Counted from the stretch's first letter, positions 21,262-31,733 are shown. The stretch is DNA of 64,000 nt from an uncultured Planctomycetota bacterium (GCA_963823665.1 CAWGMQ010000005.1:1664001-1728000), one strand, 5' to 3'. Translations and numbers: made by a program. Notes: generated from the sequence alone by a model not told the origin.

Positions 21262-24000
21262 TCACGCGCCGCCGCCTGTGAGCACGACATACATCGAGTC
21301 TCGGGGTAGCTCGAGCCGGAACACTCCCTTTGCGGGCGTCACCTCGAGAGCTCCGCGAGCGTTCCCGTTGGAGTCGAGCGGTATCGCAGTCCGCAGGCCA
21401 GGGTTCTTGACCGTCAGCCTGATTCTCGTCTCGAGCACCGCCCACGGCATGCTTCCGGTGCTCACGACCTGCTCGCCTTTGATCGTCTGCTTGCCGTCGT
21501 CGCTCTTGAACGTCGCCTCGCGCTCGACCCACCCCGTCGGCCTCGCCTGTGTCCCCACCTGCACGAGCATCTTCCGGCTCCGCTCGAGCGGCTCGCCGTC
21601 CAGCGAAACCACGAGCACCGACGCATACTCGTTCTGCGAATCGATCGTCACGCTGCTCGTCTCCACAACCCCGCGGTTCTTGAGAAAACCGCTCGCTCCC
21701 GCCGCGCACGGCGAGTCGATCGTGCACACGCCGCGCCCGTAGTCCCAGCGTATCTGCCCGGTGTTGCTCCGGATGACCCTCGCCTTCGGGTCGATGAACT
21801 TGCCCGGATCGACAACCTTCGCCTTCGCCGGCTGGGCGCTCCAATGAACCTTCACCGGCCCGACCAAGAATGCCAGGGGATCGATTCCTCGAGCAGCCGC
21901 CGATCGGCGTGCGGTATCACCGACGTCGCGATTCGGGTCGTAACCCGGATCTTCAGCCAGAAGGGGCGGGACCCGCTTCCAGATTTCGTCCAGCGAGCGA
22001 AACTCCTCGACGACACAGTTCCCTTCGTTCAAGTAGTGCTTCCGAAAAAGCAGCGCCGCCGCCGGAAACTGGCCGAGCACCATCGGATTCCCGATGGCCC
22101 ACTTGGCTCGCGAGGCACTATCCCACGGCGCCCGGTCCTGGTTCGACCACTCGGCCTCGCCGGTCCCGAACCAGTAAAACACATCCACACCCGTGAGTGA
22201 TTGATAGGTTGCGACCAGGAACGGCCCCTCCGACTGATAACCCAAGGGGGGCACCCAGTGACTCTCGCTCACGATCATTGGATGTCCCGCGGCTTGCCTC
22301 AAATTGAGCGGAAACTCTCGCGGACGGAGCAAAACCGACGCATCCTCAAATGTGTCGCCCGGGTTGATCCGCCATCCGCGGTCGGGACCGATATGCACCG
22401 GGCTGTAGTAGCGATTGACCGCGATCACCTCGTTGGCTGTGTACGACCATCGTTCGGCATCGTCGAGCTTGGCGGAGTCAGCCGTGCGCCAGTTGCCGGC
22501 GTTCAACAATTGCTTGCAGTCCAGGTCTTCGCGCAGGTAACGCTCACATTCTTGATTGAAGCGGTGCATCGTCTTCGCATAGAACTCGAGCTGGTCATCG
22601 AGCCTGCGCTTGCGGCCTCCTTGGCGGGCCTGCGTCCACTCCCACACAAGCAGCAGCCCCACGATCCCTTGGTCCGGCCGATCCTCCGGTACCTTTTCGT
22701 TCCTCCACGCCGCGAAGGCCGCCGAGAGCGATCCGTACTTCGCTTTGAGCCATTCGCCGAACTGCCGCCCGAGCAGCTCGGCCTGTTTGCCCTTGATACT
22801 CTGGGCCGTCCAGAACAGCAGACTGTCCTCGTTCTGAAGCTGGATGATCGCCAGGGCTGGGTCCTTGGCCAGTGGAATTCCTGTATACGGATTCGGGCGG
22901 CTCAGAAGCGCCTTGAGCCATGCCTTGTAGCCCTCCTGAAGCTTTGGATTGAAGAACAGCAAACCAAACGGCGCCTCGTTCTCCGGCCAGCCATCGATGC
23001 CCCATTGCGTGGGCACGTGCTTGACATTCGCCGACCAGTATGGGCTGATCGTGACATAAATCCCTTCCTTCTTCATCGCGGCGACGAGCTTCCAGGCCTC
23101 GTCGATTGCCTTCTCGTCCACGTCCGTGAGGCGAGCGTTTTTCTCCTTGGGATCCATGTGCCCGTGCAGGCGGACCATGTTGACTCCGCGCTTGGCGAGG
23201 AACCGAGCGTGATGTGCGAGTTCTTCTACGGTTCGATCGCGCTGAACGTAGGTCGTCACCCCCCAGAACCGCGCGGGTGTGCCATCGCCCAGCACAAAGC
23301 TTTCGCCATCGCGTGCCAGCCGCACGAACCCGCTCTGCCCCGCGATCTTCTCGTTGAGCCCGCGCAGATCAAGCAAGGCATCCGCGCGGAACCCATCACG
23401 CTCGGGCAGGAAGGGCCAGGTCCCTGCGGCGCTCGCGAGCTTCCCTCCCTGGCCCGGCTTCGATGTCCCGCCCGGTAGAAACGGCTCCGTGGTGAACACA
23501 AACGCGTCGAGCGCCCCGTGATGCTGAGGCTTGCTGTAGAACCGGAATCGAACGGTGTGGCGCCCTTGCGCGAGTGGAAACTCACCGACTTTCTTCCAGC
23601 CCAGGAACCGAAGGTCGGGCTTGCCGTCGGCGGCCAGATTGACGGTGTCGAGCACATCCGTGCTCATATCGATCGGCTTCCCCGGCGCCTTGTCGAGCGC
23701 AAAGTCGAGCGCGGCCTGAATCGGGTTGGCGCGGATCCAGAAGGCATATCGAGCCGCTCCGGGCACATCGAAGGCGTACTCGGCTTCGCCTTCTTTCTCT
23801 TCCGAGAAGTTAGAGATCCAATCTCCGCCGGAGAGCTGGTCTTTCTTGACCTGGTCATACCACCACGGATGCCGGTTCATGCTCGACCGAACCGGCCGCT
23901 CACCCTCGACCCAGATCGTTTGCGCAACCACGCCCGGCTGGCATACCGAAACCAGGACGAGGGCAGCCCATCCAAAACACGTCCGCGTTGACAATTTCAT
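21262..24000 (-). CDS. Secreted clan-A glycoside hydrolase-like protein
   Basis: Signal peptide; RFWG..GVNMVRLH, MKKEGIY, NPYTG.PL..DPA...QLQNED, VSE. Confidence 0.72.
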   Translation of the reverse strand: MKLSTRTCFGWAALVLVSVCQPGVVAQTIWVEGERPVRSSMNRHPWWYDQVKKDQLSGGDWISNFSEEKEGEAEYAFDVPGAARYAFWIRANPIQAALDFALDKAPGKPIDMSTDVLDTVNLAADGKPDLRFLGWKKVGEFPLAQGRHTVRFRFYSKPQHHGALDAFVFTTEPFLPGGTSKPGQGGKLASAAGTWPFLPERDGFRADALLDLRGLNEKIAGQSGFVRLARDGESFVLGDGTPARFWGVTTYVQRDRTVEELAHHARFLAKRGVNMVRLHGHMDPKEKNARLTDVDEKAIDEAWKLVAAMKKEGIYVTISPYWSANVKHVPTQWGIDGWPENEAPFGLLFFNPKLQEGYKAWLKALLSRPNPYTGIPLAKDPALAIIQLQNEDSLLFWTAQSIKGKQAELLGRQFGEWLKAKYGSLSAAFAAWRNEKVPEDRPDQGIVGLLLVWEWTQARQGGRKRRLDDQLEFYAKTMHRFNQECERYLREDLDCKQLLNAGNWRTADSAKLDDAERWSYTANEVIAVNRYYSPVHIGPDRGWRINPGDTFEDASVLLRPREFPLNLRQAAGHPMIVSESHWVPPLGYQSEGPFLVATYQSLTGVDVFYWFGTGEAEWSNQDRAPWDSASRAKWAIGNPMVLGQFPAAALLFRKHYLNEGNCVVEEFRSLDEIWKRVPPLLAEDPGYDPNRDVGDTARRSAAARGIDPLAFLVGPVKVHWSAQPAKAKVVDPGKFIDPKARVIRSNTGQIRWDYGRGVCTIDSPCAAGASGFLKNRGVVETSSVTIDSQNEYASVLVVSLDGEPLERSRKMLVQVGTQARPTGWVEREATFKSDDGKQTIKGEQVVSTGSMPWAVLETRIRLTVKNPGLRTAIPLDSNGNARGALEVTPAKGVFRLELPRDSMYVVLTGGGA

Positions 24001-24173
24001 GGTGCCACATTCCCAGGAAGTCTCGCTCGCTCTAAACCATCCGTCACAACGCCATCATACATCAGTCGTTCCAAGAATCTTCTCGGAATCTTCGTTGGAC
24101 CCTTGGCCCGAGTCCGCGCATGAATCGAGACCCAGTTGCAATTCTCGCCTCACAAACGAAAGTTGAGGGCATC

Positions 24174-25346
24174 ATGCGTCGTCGTGGATTTACCTTGATC
24201 GAGTTGCTGGTAGTGATCGCCATCATCGCGGTCTTGATCGCTTTGTTGCTGCCGGCGGTTCAATCCGCGCGTGAGGCAGCGCATCGGGCGCAGTGCGTGA
24301 ACAACGAGAAGCAATTGTTGCTGGGCCTGTTCAATTTTGAGTCGGCCAATGGCACATTTCCCAAGGGTGTGAACGAGCCCTATCTGAACGGCCTCAATTA
24401 CAACACCGGCTCAGACGCCCTCGGTAGCGACTTTTCAGAGCCTTTCGGGCCCAACTGGGCAATCATGATCTTGCCCTACATCGATCAGAGCGCGCTTTAC
24501 AATTCCTCCAACGTGCTGGGATATCCCGGCTGGCCCGGCCCGTACGCGGTGGCGAACGCGACTACTGCACCGAATCAGAATTTATACAACATGGACTGGT
24601 GCAATACCACTGTTCGCTCGACCCAGATAAATGTGTTCATCTGCCCTACGGATCCCATGAACACTCCGTCAAACAATTTCTTCCAGCCGAGCGACCTCGC
24701 GCTCCTCGGAGCGCAGGGGATCTCGTATCCGCAGGATCAAGCCAAGGCAATTCCGCTCTTCAACTGGGCACGCGGCAATTACGCAGCGAATCAAGGGAAT
24801 ACCGATCCCGACCACCAGATCAACGGGATCGAAGACGCTGGTGCCTCGCCGAAGGCGTCAGGCCATGTCGGCTTGATGGGCGAGAATTTCGGGTCGACGA
24901 TTGCATCAGTGACGGACGGACTCTCGAACACGGCCGCCATCGTCGAGCTGCGAGTAGGGCTCAGCACGATCGACGTCCGTGGCGTGTGGGCGATGGGCCT
25001 GGGCATGGCTAGCCTGGGAGGTCATGCGAAGTCTTACAACCCGACACCGAACAATCTCAAGGGTTTCAATATCGCCCAGGGTTGCAACGACGGCGGTGAC
25101 GAGATGCAAGCCGGCCCGGCTCTGGGCTTACAGTTCCCAAACGCGGCTCAACAAGGCATGGGCTTCAACTGCGGCAGCGGCATGTATAACAGCGGTGGGC
25201 AGAGCCGGAGTATGCACCCGAACGGCGTGAACGTCGGCTTCGGCGATGGGAGCGTCAGGTTCATCAAGAACTCAATCTCGAACGCGGTCTGGATCGACAT
25301 CCTCGCCAAGGCCGACGGCGCCGTCTTGAGCTCTGACTCGTATTGA
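24174..25346 (+). CDS. DUF1559 prepilin-type protein
   Basis: [56 protein letters not shown] (H-X9-DG). Confidence 0.95.
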   Translation: MRRRGFTLIELLVVIAIIAVLIALLLPAVQSAREAAHRAQCVNNEKQLLLGLFNFESANGTFPKGVNEPYLNGLNYNTGSDALGSDFSEPFGPNWAIMILPYIDQSALYNSSNVLGYPGWPGPYAVANATTAPNQNLYNMDWCNTTVRSTQINVFICPTDPMNTPSNNFFQPSDLALLGAQGISYPQDQAKAIPLFNWARGNYAANQGNTDPDHQINGIEDAGASPKASGHVGLMGENFGSTIASVTDGLSNTAAIVELRVGLSTIDVRGVWAMGLGMASLGGHAKSYNPTPNNLKGFNIAQGCNDGGDEMQAGPALGLQFPNAAQQGMGFNCGSGMYNSGGQSRSMHPNGVNVGFGDGSVRFIKNSISNAVWIDILAKADGAVLSSDSY

Positions 25347-25449
25347 TCGAAATCGAGCACGGCGGCTTGTCGAAACCACTTGTCGACCAGCCGCCGTGCG
25401 GTGTCACAGATTACTCCTTTATCACCTCTCTTGCCCTTGTGAAACTACT

Positions 25450-25926
25450 ATGCGTCGATCACTTGGACTGTGGATGATGCTCAGCGCCGCTTGCCTGGCC
25501 GGTTGTGGCGGTGACAGCATCCGGGTGACGGGAGTGCTTCTAAAAGGGGGGGAGAAGTACAATCCCCCCGAGGATCACAAGCTTGCGCTTTATTTCTATC
25601 CAGTGGCAGAAGGCGCATCGGGCAAGCCGACCGGGGATGTGGAAATGGCGGACTATGACGCCAAGGATGGCAGCTTCACGGTGCCAGGCCACGACGGCTA
25701 TGGCATCCGGCCCGGGAAGTATCGGATTGCCGTGGTTGAAACGCTCCGCCGCGAGGCACTCGACCAGTTAAAGCAAGGCAAGGCGCTCAAGGCCGGCCAG
25801 AAGAAGCGCATCGATAGAGAAACAAATCTACTTGACGACACCTTCGGCGAGCAGACCTCACCCTTTGTTCGCGACCTGAAAACTTCAACGAAGCTCACGC
25901 TGGACATGGCAAAACCGACGGAGTAG
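25450..25926 (+). CDS. Putative lipoprotein partner of DUF1559
   Basis: Lipobox LAGC; DGSF.V.G..G.GI.PGKYRIAV; directly follows DUF1559. Confidence 0.8.
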   Translation: MRRSLGLWMMLSAACLAGCGGDSIRVTGVLLKGGEKYNPPEDHKLALYFYPVAEGASGKPTGDVEMADYDAKDGSFTVPGHDGYGIRPGKYRIAVVETLRREALDQLKQGKALKAGQKKRIDRETNLLDDTFGEQTSPFVRDLKTSTKLTLDMAKPTE

Positions 25927-25948
25927 TCGGCTTCGGGAAACAATAACT

Positions 25949-26227
25949 CTAGCGACGGCGCTTGGCAGCTTTTCCGGGCTTGTGCCGCGCGTCGATGCGG
26001 TCGTCTTCCCTTGCCGGAAGATCCGGCACCTTGGCCAGAACGCGATCGAACGCTGATCGACTTCCGCGTGCGGCACGCTCATCCAGGTATTCCGCGGTCA
26101 AAAGCGCTGACATCTTCTCGGCCACCGCGGTTGCGATGAATTGATTGATCGACACACCTTCGCGCTCGGAAACGTCCTTCAATTGCTTGTGCAACGATTC
26201 GGGTAGTCGCAGGCTGAGCGTGCTCAT
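25949..26227 (-). CDS. RHH/HicB-like antitoxin
   Basis: MSTLSLRLPESLHKQLK..S.REGVSINQFIATAVAEKMSAL. Confidence 0.88.
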   Translation of the reverse strand: MSTLSLRLPESLHKQLKDVSEREGVSINQFIATAVAEKMSALLTAEYLDERAARGSRSAFDRVLAKVPDLPAREDDRIDARHKPGKAAKRRR

Positions 26228-26303
26228 CCGATCTCTCCGATAGACGCGAACGCAAGCCAGCTACGAGCACGTTCGTATCCAGGACGACCTTCGGCGCGTC
26301 CAT
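26224..26303 (-). pseudogene. PIN-domain toxin stub (internal deletion)
   Basis: MDAPKVVLDTNVLVAGLRSR joined out of frame to IGEIG*, whose stop overlaps the antitoxin ATG (ATGA). Confidence 0.8.
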
Positions 26304-26305
26304 TT

Positions 26306-26325
26306 CGGTATTATATGTGATACCG
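26306..26325 (-). promoter_or_regulatory. TA operator palindrome overlapping a leaderless -10 box
   Basis: CGGTAT-N8-ATACCG; on the minus strand TATAAT lies 6 nt before the PIN ATG. Confidence 0.65.
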
Positions 26326-26573
26326 TAATGACGACAAGGCCGTGCGTTTACCTCGGCCGCGAGCTGTTGCCTTTATCCGATGGTCATCACGCTGTGTTTG
26401 CCTGGTTCGGTGTAACGGAATCTGTCGCGATGGCAATCGCTGCATACGCGATTTCTGCCGTGATCACCAAGCCGAATGGCCGGAAAGAGTGGAGTGATGG
26501 ATCATACTCCCAATCGCGCCACCACCGCGGCTACAATCGTGTCGGTCAATCAGCAAGGAGGAGGTTAACCCCG

Positions 26574-26936
26574 ATGCCCAATTTTAAGGAAAGCCAAGTC
26601 GAAATCGGTGACCGTTACGTCGCCCTCTACCACGTCGTTTACCGTCACGAAGGCTTCGACCAAGCGGCCCAGGCGCTCTTCGCAATGGTGCGAAACGCTC
26701 AAACAAGGTGCCCGAACAAGCGACGCTCGCTCTTTCTCGATATCGAAGGTCATCGGAACGAGGAAGGCGGCTTTGACTCCGACATGCTCGAGCTTCAGGA
26801 GCACTTCCTGGTCGGCTTCCTCGGTCAGTTCCTCTCGGAGATTCATTGCCCGCTGGCTGACATGACGAGGGACAGCGGCCAAAACAACGACATTCCTGAT
26901 CGCCTTGATATTCGCGCATCAGCCGGTGAACAATGA
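26574..26936 (+). CDS. Hypothetical protein
   Basis: Strong RBS AAGGAGGAGG; LFLDIEGHRNEEGGFDSDM; codon pattern looks coding. Confidence 0.7.
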   Translation: MPNFKESQVEIGDRYVALYHVVYRHEGFDQAAQALFAMVRNAQTRCPNKRRSLFLDIEGHRNEEGGFDSDMLELQEHFLVGFLGQFLSEIHCPLADMTRDSGQNNDIPDRLDIRASAGEQ

Positions 26937-27016
26937 AGCTCGAGCTGCTTACCGACAACACACTCGAATGCCCCCTCGTGCGGCTATTTGACTATCAGCG
27001 CGATGGCAAGTGGTAG
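26933..27016 (+). pseudogene. Gene stub, probably internally deleted
   Basis: ATGA-coupled MKLELLTDNTLECPLVRLFDY + RDGKW*, only 27 aa. Confidence 0.5.
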
Positions 27017-27061
27017 GACCTGCGAAGCTCGGGCTTTCCGTTTTTCCTGAGACTCGAGACC

Positions 27062-27415
27062 ATGAGCAACCCCATCTTCTACCGCAGCGCCTTGGCTCGC
27101 GACCTCACTCCGGAGGGCCGGGCGCTGTTCCAGTCATTGCTGGTCCGCACCGAACAAATCGACGCGCTCGCCGAGCCGCTGCCGGCTCAATTCCTGGCCA
27201 ATAGAACGCGAAGGGAGGGGAAGCCGGCGGCCCTGACCACATCCGCGAGAAAAACAATCAAATCCTTCGCCAAGGATTCCCGCATCGCCGCCAAAGAGTT
27301 GCCGGCCATGATCGCCAGTCTTCCGAGCGAATCCCTGCTCATCCGCGCCGCACTGGAGAACCGAGCGAACCGCCCTGTTGCTCGATCGAGCCGTTTACAC
27401 CGGCGGCCATCCTGA
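27062..27415 (+). CDS. Hypothetical protein
   Basis: ATG after GAG; high-GC3 codons. Confidence 0.5.
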   Translation: MSNPIFYRSALARDLTPEGRALFQSLLVRTEQIDALAEPLPAQFLANRTRREGKPAALTTSARKTIKSFAKDSRIAAKELPAMIASLPSESLLIRAALENRANRPVARSSRLHRRPS

Positions 27416-27558
27416 AGATGAGGCGCTCGCGCGGCCGCTCATCGAGCTGAGGGCTCAGAACATTGCCGAACTGCAGGCGTTTCTCTCCCCATCGAAGCAT
27501 CAGTCGGCAGAGCAGGATCGTTAGGAATGCCAATGACCGTGACCGCGAGAAAGACCCA

Positions 27559-27753
27559 ATGTCTCGGGATAAGAGGCAAAAACGTGACCTCCACGCTTCG
27601 ACCGCCGAAGGCATGGTCCTGTGCAACCCACGCGACAAGGAGGCCGCTCACCGAGCCGAGATGGAAGGCATCGCCACGGATGATCGCGCTGCGGTAACCT
27701 GCCGGAAGTGCTTGTCACTGCTGTATTCGAGCGATAGAAAGCGCAGTGAGTAG
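27559..27753 (+). CDS. Small putative Zn-binding protein
   Basis: H..C..(VT)CRKC ligand pattern, 64 aa. Confidence 0.6.
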   Translation: MSRDKRQKRDLHASTAEGMVLCNPRDKEAAHRAEMEGIATDDRAAVTCRKCLSLLYSSDRKRSE

Positions 27754-27834
27754 CCCGCTTCGCGTCAAACTGAATGAGCGAAGACCAGCGAGCGAACGTA
27801 GAACACCAATTTCCGCGCTGCTCCGAGGCCCCGC

Positions 27835-28158
27835 ATGACGATCTCGTCGCGCACTCCGGAAGGGCTACCGCACCACTGCCCGATTTGTGGCCAAGAGTCT
27901 GCCTTGGAGCCATCGTTCCCGGGCGGTGACTCGACATGCCCGAGCTGCGGACACCTCCTCTGGTGGTTCCGCGATCGGCTCGGCTTCTGGACCGGCCTTT
28001 TGCCCTCCGACCTCAGCCTGGACTCACTCGATCTCGTGGAATTGATGATGGAACTGGAGGAACAATTCGGCGTCACCATTCCCGATGAGGCCGCGGAGAA
28101 TTTCACTACCGTTGCCGATGTGATACGCTACATCGTTGCTCATCGAGACGACACCTGA
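27835..28158 (+). CDS. Zn-ribbon + acyl carrier protein fusion
   Basis: [20 protein letters not shown], then [36 protein letters not shown]. Confidence 0.85.
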   Translation: MTISSRTPEGLPHHCPICGQESALEPSFPGGDSTCPSCGHLLWWFRDRLGFWTGLLPSDLSLDSLDLVELMMELEEQFGVTIPDEAAENFTTVADVIRYIVAHRDDT

Positions 28159-28188
28159 TTTCGGGTTGCGGCCGACCTTTCCGCAGAA

Positions 28189-28260
28189 ATGGAGCATGCG
28201 GCCGTTTCCCACTGTTACAACTACAACGATGAGATCGACGCAGACATCGAGGAAAGAAAA
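28189..28260 (+). pseudogene. Degraded fragment resembling a DUF433 antitoxin C-terminus
   Basis: HAAVSHCYNYNDEIDADIEE resembles the HAAL.YY.D...EID motif. Confidence 0.35.
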
Positions 28261-28297
28261 CATTCGAACTTGTGTGTCAGAAAGAGAAAGGTAAAAA

Positions 28298-28561
28298 GTG
28301 GCCGGTCGCGTTCCTCGGAATGAGTACCCTTGGTGGGTAAAGTTCAGCATGTGGGGCGTGCCCGGTCGCGCAGGCCTCTGGGCATTCGTCGCACTCTCCA
28401 TCGCGTGTGCCATCGGTTGCGTGCTCTACGGGCTCTGGGACCGGCGGTTCTTCCTCGGGAGCTTGTTCCTGTTTTCAGCGCTCATGTACTGGCTGAGCAT
28501 CCGATGGGTGGATCGTCATGGGTCTTGGAGCGACAACTGTGATGGAAGGGACTCACCGTGA
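28298..28561 (+). CDS. Small membrane protein coupled to argH
   Basis: Two TM segments; GTGA overlap with argH. Confidence 0.7.
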   Translation: MAGRVPRNEYPWWVKFSMWGVPGRAGLWAFVALSIACAIGCVLYGLWDRRFFLGSLFLFSALMYWLSIRWVDRHGSWSDNCDGRDSP

Positions 28562-29955
28562 CCAAAAAGCCATGGGGCGGCCGCTTTGTCGGGCAGACTG
28601 ACGCTCGGGTCGAGGCCTTCACCCAATCCATCTCCTTCGACAACCGGCTATTCAAGGAAGATATCCAGGCATCGATTGCGCATGCGCGAATGCTCGAACG
28701 TGTCGGGTTGATATCCCCGGACGAATGCCGGCAGCTCGTTGACGGGCTATTGCAAATCGAGAAGGACATCGAAGCTGGCACATTCGCCTGGAAGGCCGAC
28801 CTCGAAGACATCCATATGAATATCGAGGCGGCCCTCACCGAGAAGCTCGGCGATGTCGGTCGCAAGCTCCACACTGCAAGAAGCCGTAATGATCAGGTCG
28901 CGACCGATCTGAAGCTGTGGATCCGCGATGCACTCCGTCGCGTTGACGACCGACTCACCGCGCTTCAAACCGAGTTTGTCAGTGCCGCCACGCGCTATCC
29001 CCACCTGATTCTTCCGGGCTATACCCATCTTCAGCGTGCGCAGCCCGTTCTTGCCGCGCACGTTTTCCTGGCGTACGTCGAAAAGCTCGAACGCGACCGC
29101 TCGCGACTCGCCGACTGCCAGCGCCGGCTCAATGTGTTGCCTTTGGGCGCTGCCGCTCTGGCGGGAACCAGCTTGCCGATCGATCGGCACTTTGTTGCAC
29201 ACGAGCTCGGGTTTGACACCGTGGCGGCCAACAGCCTTGATGCCTCGAGCGACCGCGACTTCGTCGTCGAATCGGTGTTTGTGCTCACCATGATCGCCGA
29301 GCACCTTGCCGGCTGGGCTGAAGAGTGGATCATCTGGAGCACCCAGGAATTCGGCTTCCTGTCATTGCCCGACGCCATTTGCACGGGCAGCAGCATCATG
29401 CCCCAGAAAAAGAACCCGGATGTACTCGAGCTGATTCGCGGGCGGTCAGCACGTGTTGTGGGCGACTTGACGACATTGCTCGTGCTGATCAAGGGCCTTC
29501 CGCTGGCATATAACCGTGATCTCCAAGAAGACAAAGAACCGCTGTTCGACGCGTTTGACACGGTCGAGGCCTGCCTGGAGCTCGCCGCGGTCGCCGTGAA
29601 CGGAATGACGTTTCGAGTCGAGAAAATCGAAAACCAGCTCGACGAAGGCTTCCTCGACGCGACGACTGTCATGGAGTTTCTGATCGGGCGCGGCGTTCCT
29701 CAGCGCACCGCGCACGAGGTGATCGGCAAGCTCGTGGCCGAGTGCGATCGCCTCGGTCTGAAGAAGCTGGCTGACCTCTCCGATTCACAACTGGTTCAGG
29801 CCCATTCCGAGCTAAGGCCCTCCGTGCGGTCGATTCTCGGAGTAAGAAACGTAGTCATGGCCTTCCGATCGTACGGTTCAACAGCCCCCGAAGTAGTGAA
29901 GAAACAAACCAGCGAGTGGCAACAGCGACTTGCCACACGGCAGACATCAATATGA
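28558..29955 (+). CDS. argH: Argininosuccinate lyase
   Basis: KPWGGRF, EDIH, HTARSRNDQVATD, PGYTHLQRAQP, GSSIMPQKKNPD, YNRDLQEDK. Confidence 0.98.
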   Translation: MTKKPWGGRFVGQTDARVEAFTQSISFDNRLFKEDIQASIAHARMLERVGLISPDECRQLVDGLLQIEKDIEAGTFAWKADLEDIHMNIEAALTEKLGDVGRKLHTARSRNDQVATDLKLWIRDALRRVDDRLTALQTEFVSAATRYPHLILPGYTHLQRAQPVLAAHVFLAYVEKLERDRSRLADCQRRLNVLPLGAAALAGTSLPIDRHFVAHELGFDTVAANSLDASSDRDFVVESVFVLTMIAEHLAGWAEEWIIWSTQEFGFLSLPDAICTGSSIMPQKKNPDVLELIRGRSARVVGDLTTLLVLIKGLPLAYNRDLQEDKEPLFDAFDTVEACLELAAVAVNGMTFRVEKIENQLDEGFLDATTVMEFLIGRGVPQRTAHEVIGKLVAECDRLGLKKLADLSDSQLVQAHSELRPSVRSILGVRNVVMAFRSYGSTAPEVVKKQTSEWQQRLATRQTSI

Positions 29956-30260
29956 GCAAAACCCTATATCTGGTGTTTCGTGACCCCGGCCCGGCGTGGG
30001 TGCCAGGGCGATCGAGCCGCCAGCAGCCGCTCTGGGATGAGCACGCCGAATTCATGGATCGCCTTTTTGACCAGGGACGCATCGTCCTGGGAGGTCCCTA
30101 CGCCGACGCAAGTCGCGTGCTCATCATCGTGAATGCCGGCGATCGCGCGGAGGCGGGCACGCTGTTGCGCGACGATCCCTGGACCACCCGCGGCATTCTC
30201 GTTGATTCCGAAGTGATCGAATGGTCGATCTTCCTTGATTCCCGGCAGAAAACCGGATGA
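29952..30260 (+). CDS. YciI family protein
   Basis: WDEHAEFM..GRIVLGGP..DDPW. Confidence 0.8.
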   Translation: MSKTLYLVFRDPGPAWVPGRSSRQQPLWDEHAEFMDRLFDQGRIVLGGPYADASRVLIIVNAGDRAEAGTLLRDDPWTTRGILVDSEVIEWSIFLDSRQKTG

Positions 30261-30311
30261 ACGCAAAGCGGCCGCGAGTGCGATCAGTCTCGCCCAAAAG
30301 GAACCTGCCGC

Positions 30312-30830
30312 TTGGATGACAATAATCCATACGAACCACCGGGCGAAGCCTTGACGATCTCCGTTTCAGACAGGAAGGGGAATCCGCGCGCTGGCGGGTT
30401 CACTTACGTGGCGTGGATCTTCGTCTTTGCCATCAACATGGCCGTTCCACTCCTTTTCAGCGCATCAGTGACCCAGCAGAATGGAAGAAGCGGCATGCTG
30501 ATCGGCACGCTGTTCCTGTTTGTGCTCGGTTGCTACATCTGCGCAGCCAATCGAAAGCTGGCCGTGGCGCTCCTTGCCGGCGGAGCAGTTGTGGCGCTCA
30601 CGCAGCTATTCCCGATGCTCCAGTTCATCGCCGGATCGATCGGCATGGGCGTCGGTCAAGCGCTCGGCCATGCGACGTTCCTCGGGGATGATAACCCACC
30701 CCGCGTCACCAGCGAATACGGGGGATTTGTGGTCACGTTCGTGACGGGGGGCGTTCTGATGGCCGGAAGTTTATGCACGGGCATTTTGCTCCAATTGGTC
30801 AGGCGATTCCTCCGTCGGCCGCACCGCTGA
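30312..30830 (+). CDS. Hypothetical membrane protein
   Basis: N-terminal NPYEPP motif; about four TM segments; TTG start. Confidence 0.7.
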   Translation: MDDNNPYEPPGEALTISVSDRKGNPRAGGFTYVAWIFVFAINMAVPLLFSASVTQQNGRSGMLIGTLFLFVLGCYICAANRKLAVALLAGGAVVALTQLFPMLQFIAGSIGMGVGQALGHATFLGDDNPPRVTSEYGGFVVTFVTGGVLMAGSLCTGILLQLVRRFLRRPHR

Positions 30831-31373
30831 GTTCGGTTGCGACTTGGGAAGTATCGCTGGCTCCTGGATTGGGTGCTGGTGAATTGTGTGGGCCATCGCT
30901 TGCTGGACCTTGACGAAGAGCGCCGGCTGGTCGCCCTGCTCGATCCGGAGGAGCCGGGCACGATCGGATTCGCCCAAGGCGAGCTCCCCCTGCCTTCGCA
31001 TCAATCCGCGACCGCCTTTTCGACGAGCAAAAGACACCGGCAAGCAGCCAGTTTCCCACGGACTACATCTTCGACATACCCGTCGAGCTGGCGAAATCGG
31101 TAACAGGGTACCGTCACGATGAAGACACCCCGGGACTCGCGGCGAACTCGTTCGATGTGCTCGAGCATCGTGGCCCACTTAGCCTCGTGAAGTCTCTCTT
31201 TTGCCGTTTCTTCCGTCCGTGAATCACTCGGACTTTCATTCTTGCGGTTGGGGACCTTGATATTCGGCCTGCCGAGTGCGATCATCAGCGGAGCGATGGT
31301 GTGGCTCGGGCAATCGACCGCACGATGTTGACGTTGCGTCTCGAGCCGCCAGGTACGCCGGGTGCTCAATCCG

Positions 31374-31733
31374 ATGAGAACGATCACTTCTTTGGGAATC
31401 GTGTTCATCACTGTCGGCCTGTTTTCAGTCTTACAGTGTGCTTATATATGGGCCGGCCAAGCCCCGCCCGATAGCTTCGCGCAACTGGGATCCATCGCAT
31501 TCGCACTGGGATGCGTGGTCTGGGTGGTGGCGGACGCGCATAAGCGGCGCAAGACCCCTTGCTTTGACTTCGGGTTTCTCGTTGCCGTATTCTTCCCGAT
31601 TTCGCTCGTTTGGTATGTCTTCTGGTCGCGAGGAGCGCGCGGAATCCTCTTGCTCGGTGCCATGCTCGGCCTGATGCTGATACCGTGGCTATCGGCAATC
31701 GTCGTTTTACTCCTCCGGTACGGTCTGGCGTAA
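31374..31733 (+). CDS. Hypothetical membrane protein
   Basis: WVVADA.KR..CFDFGF..P..L.WY.FWSRG; four TM segments. Confidence 0.75.
   Translation: MRTITSLGIVFITVGLFSVLQCAYIWAGQAPPDSFAQLGSIAFALGCVVWVVADAHKRRKTPCFDFGFLVAVFFPISLVWYVFWSRGARGILLLGAMLGLMLIPWLSAIVVLLLRYGLA

Noticed and set aside
30837..31350. Overlapping short ORFs on both strands
   Set aside because: Probably gene debris; no start signals or family I could support
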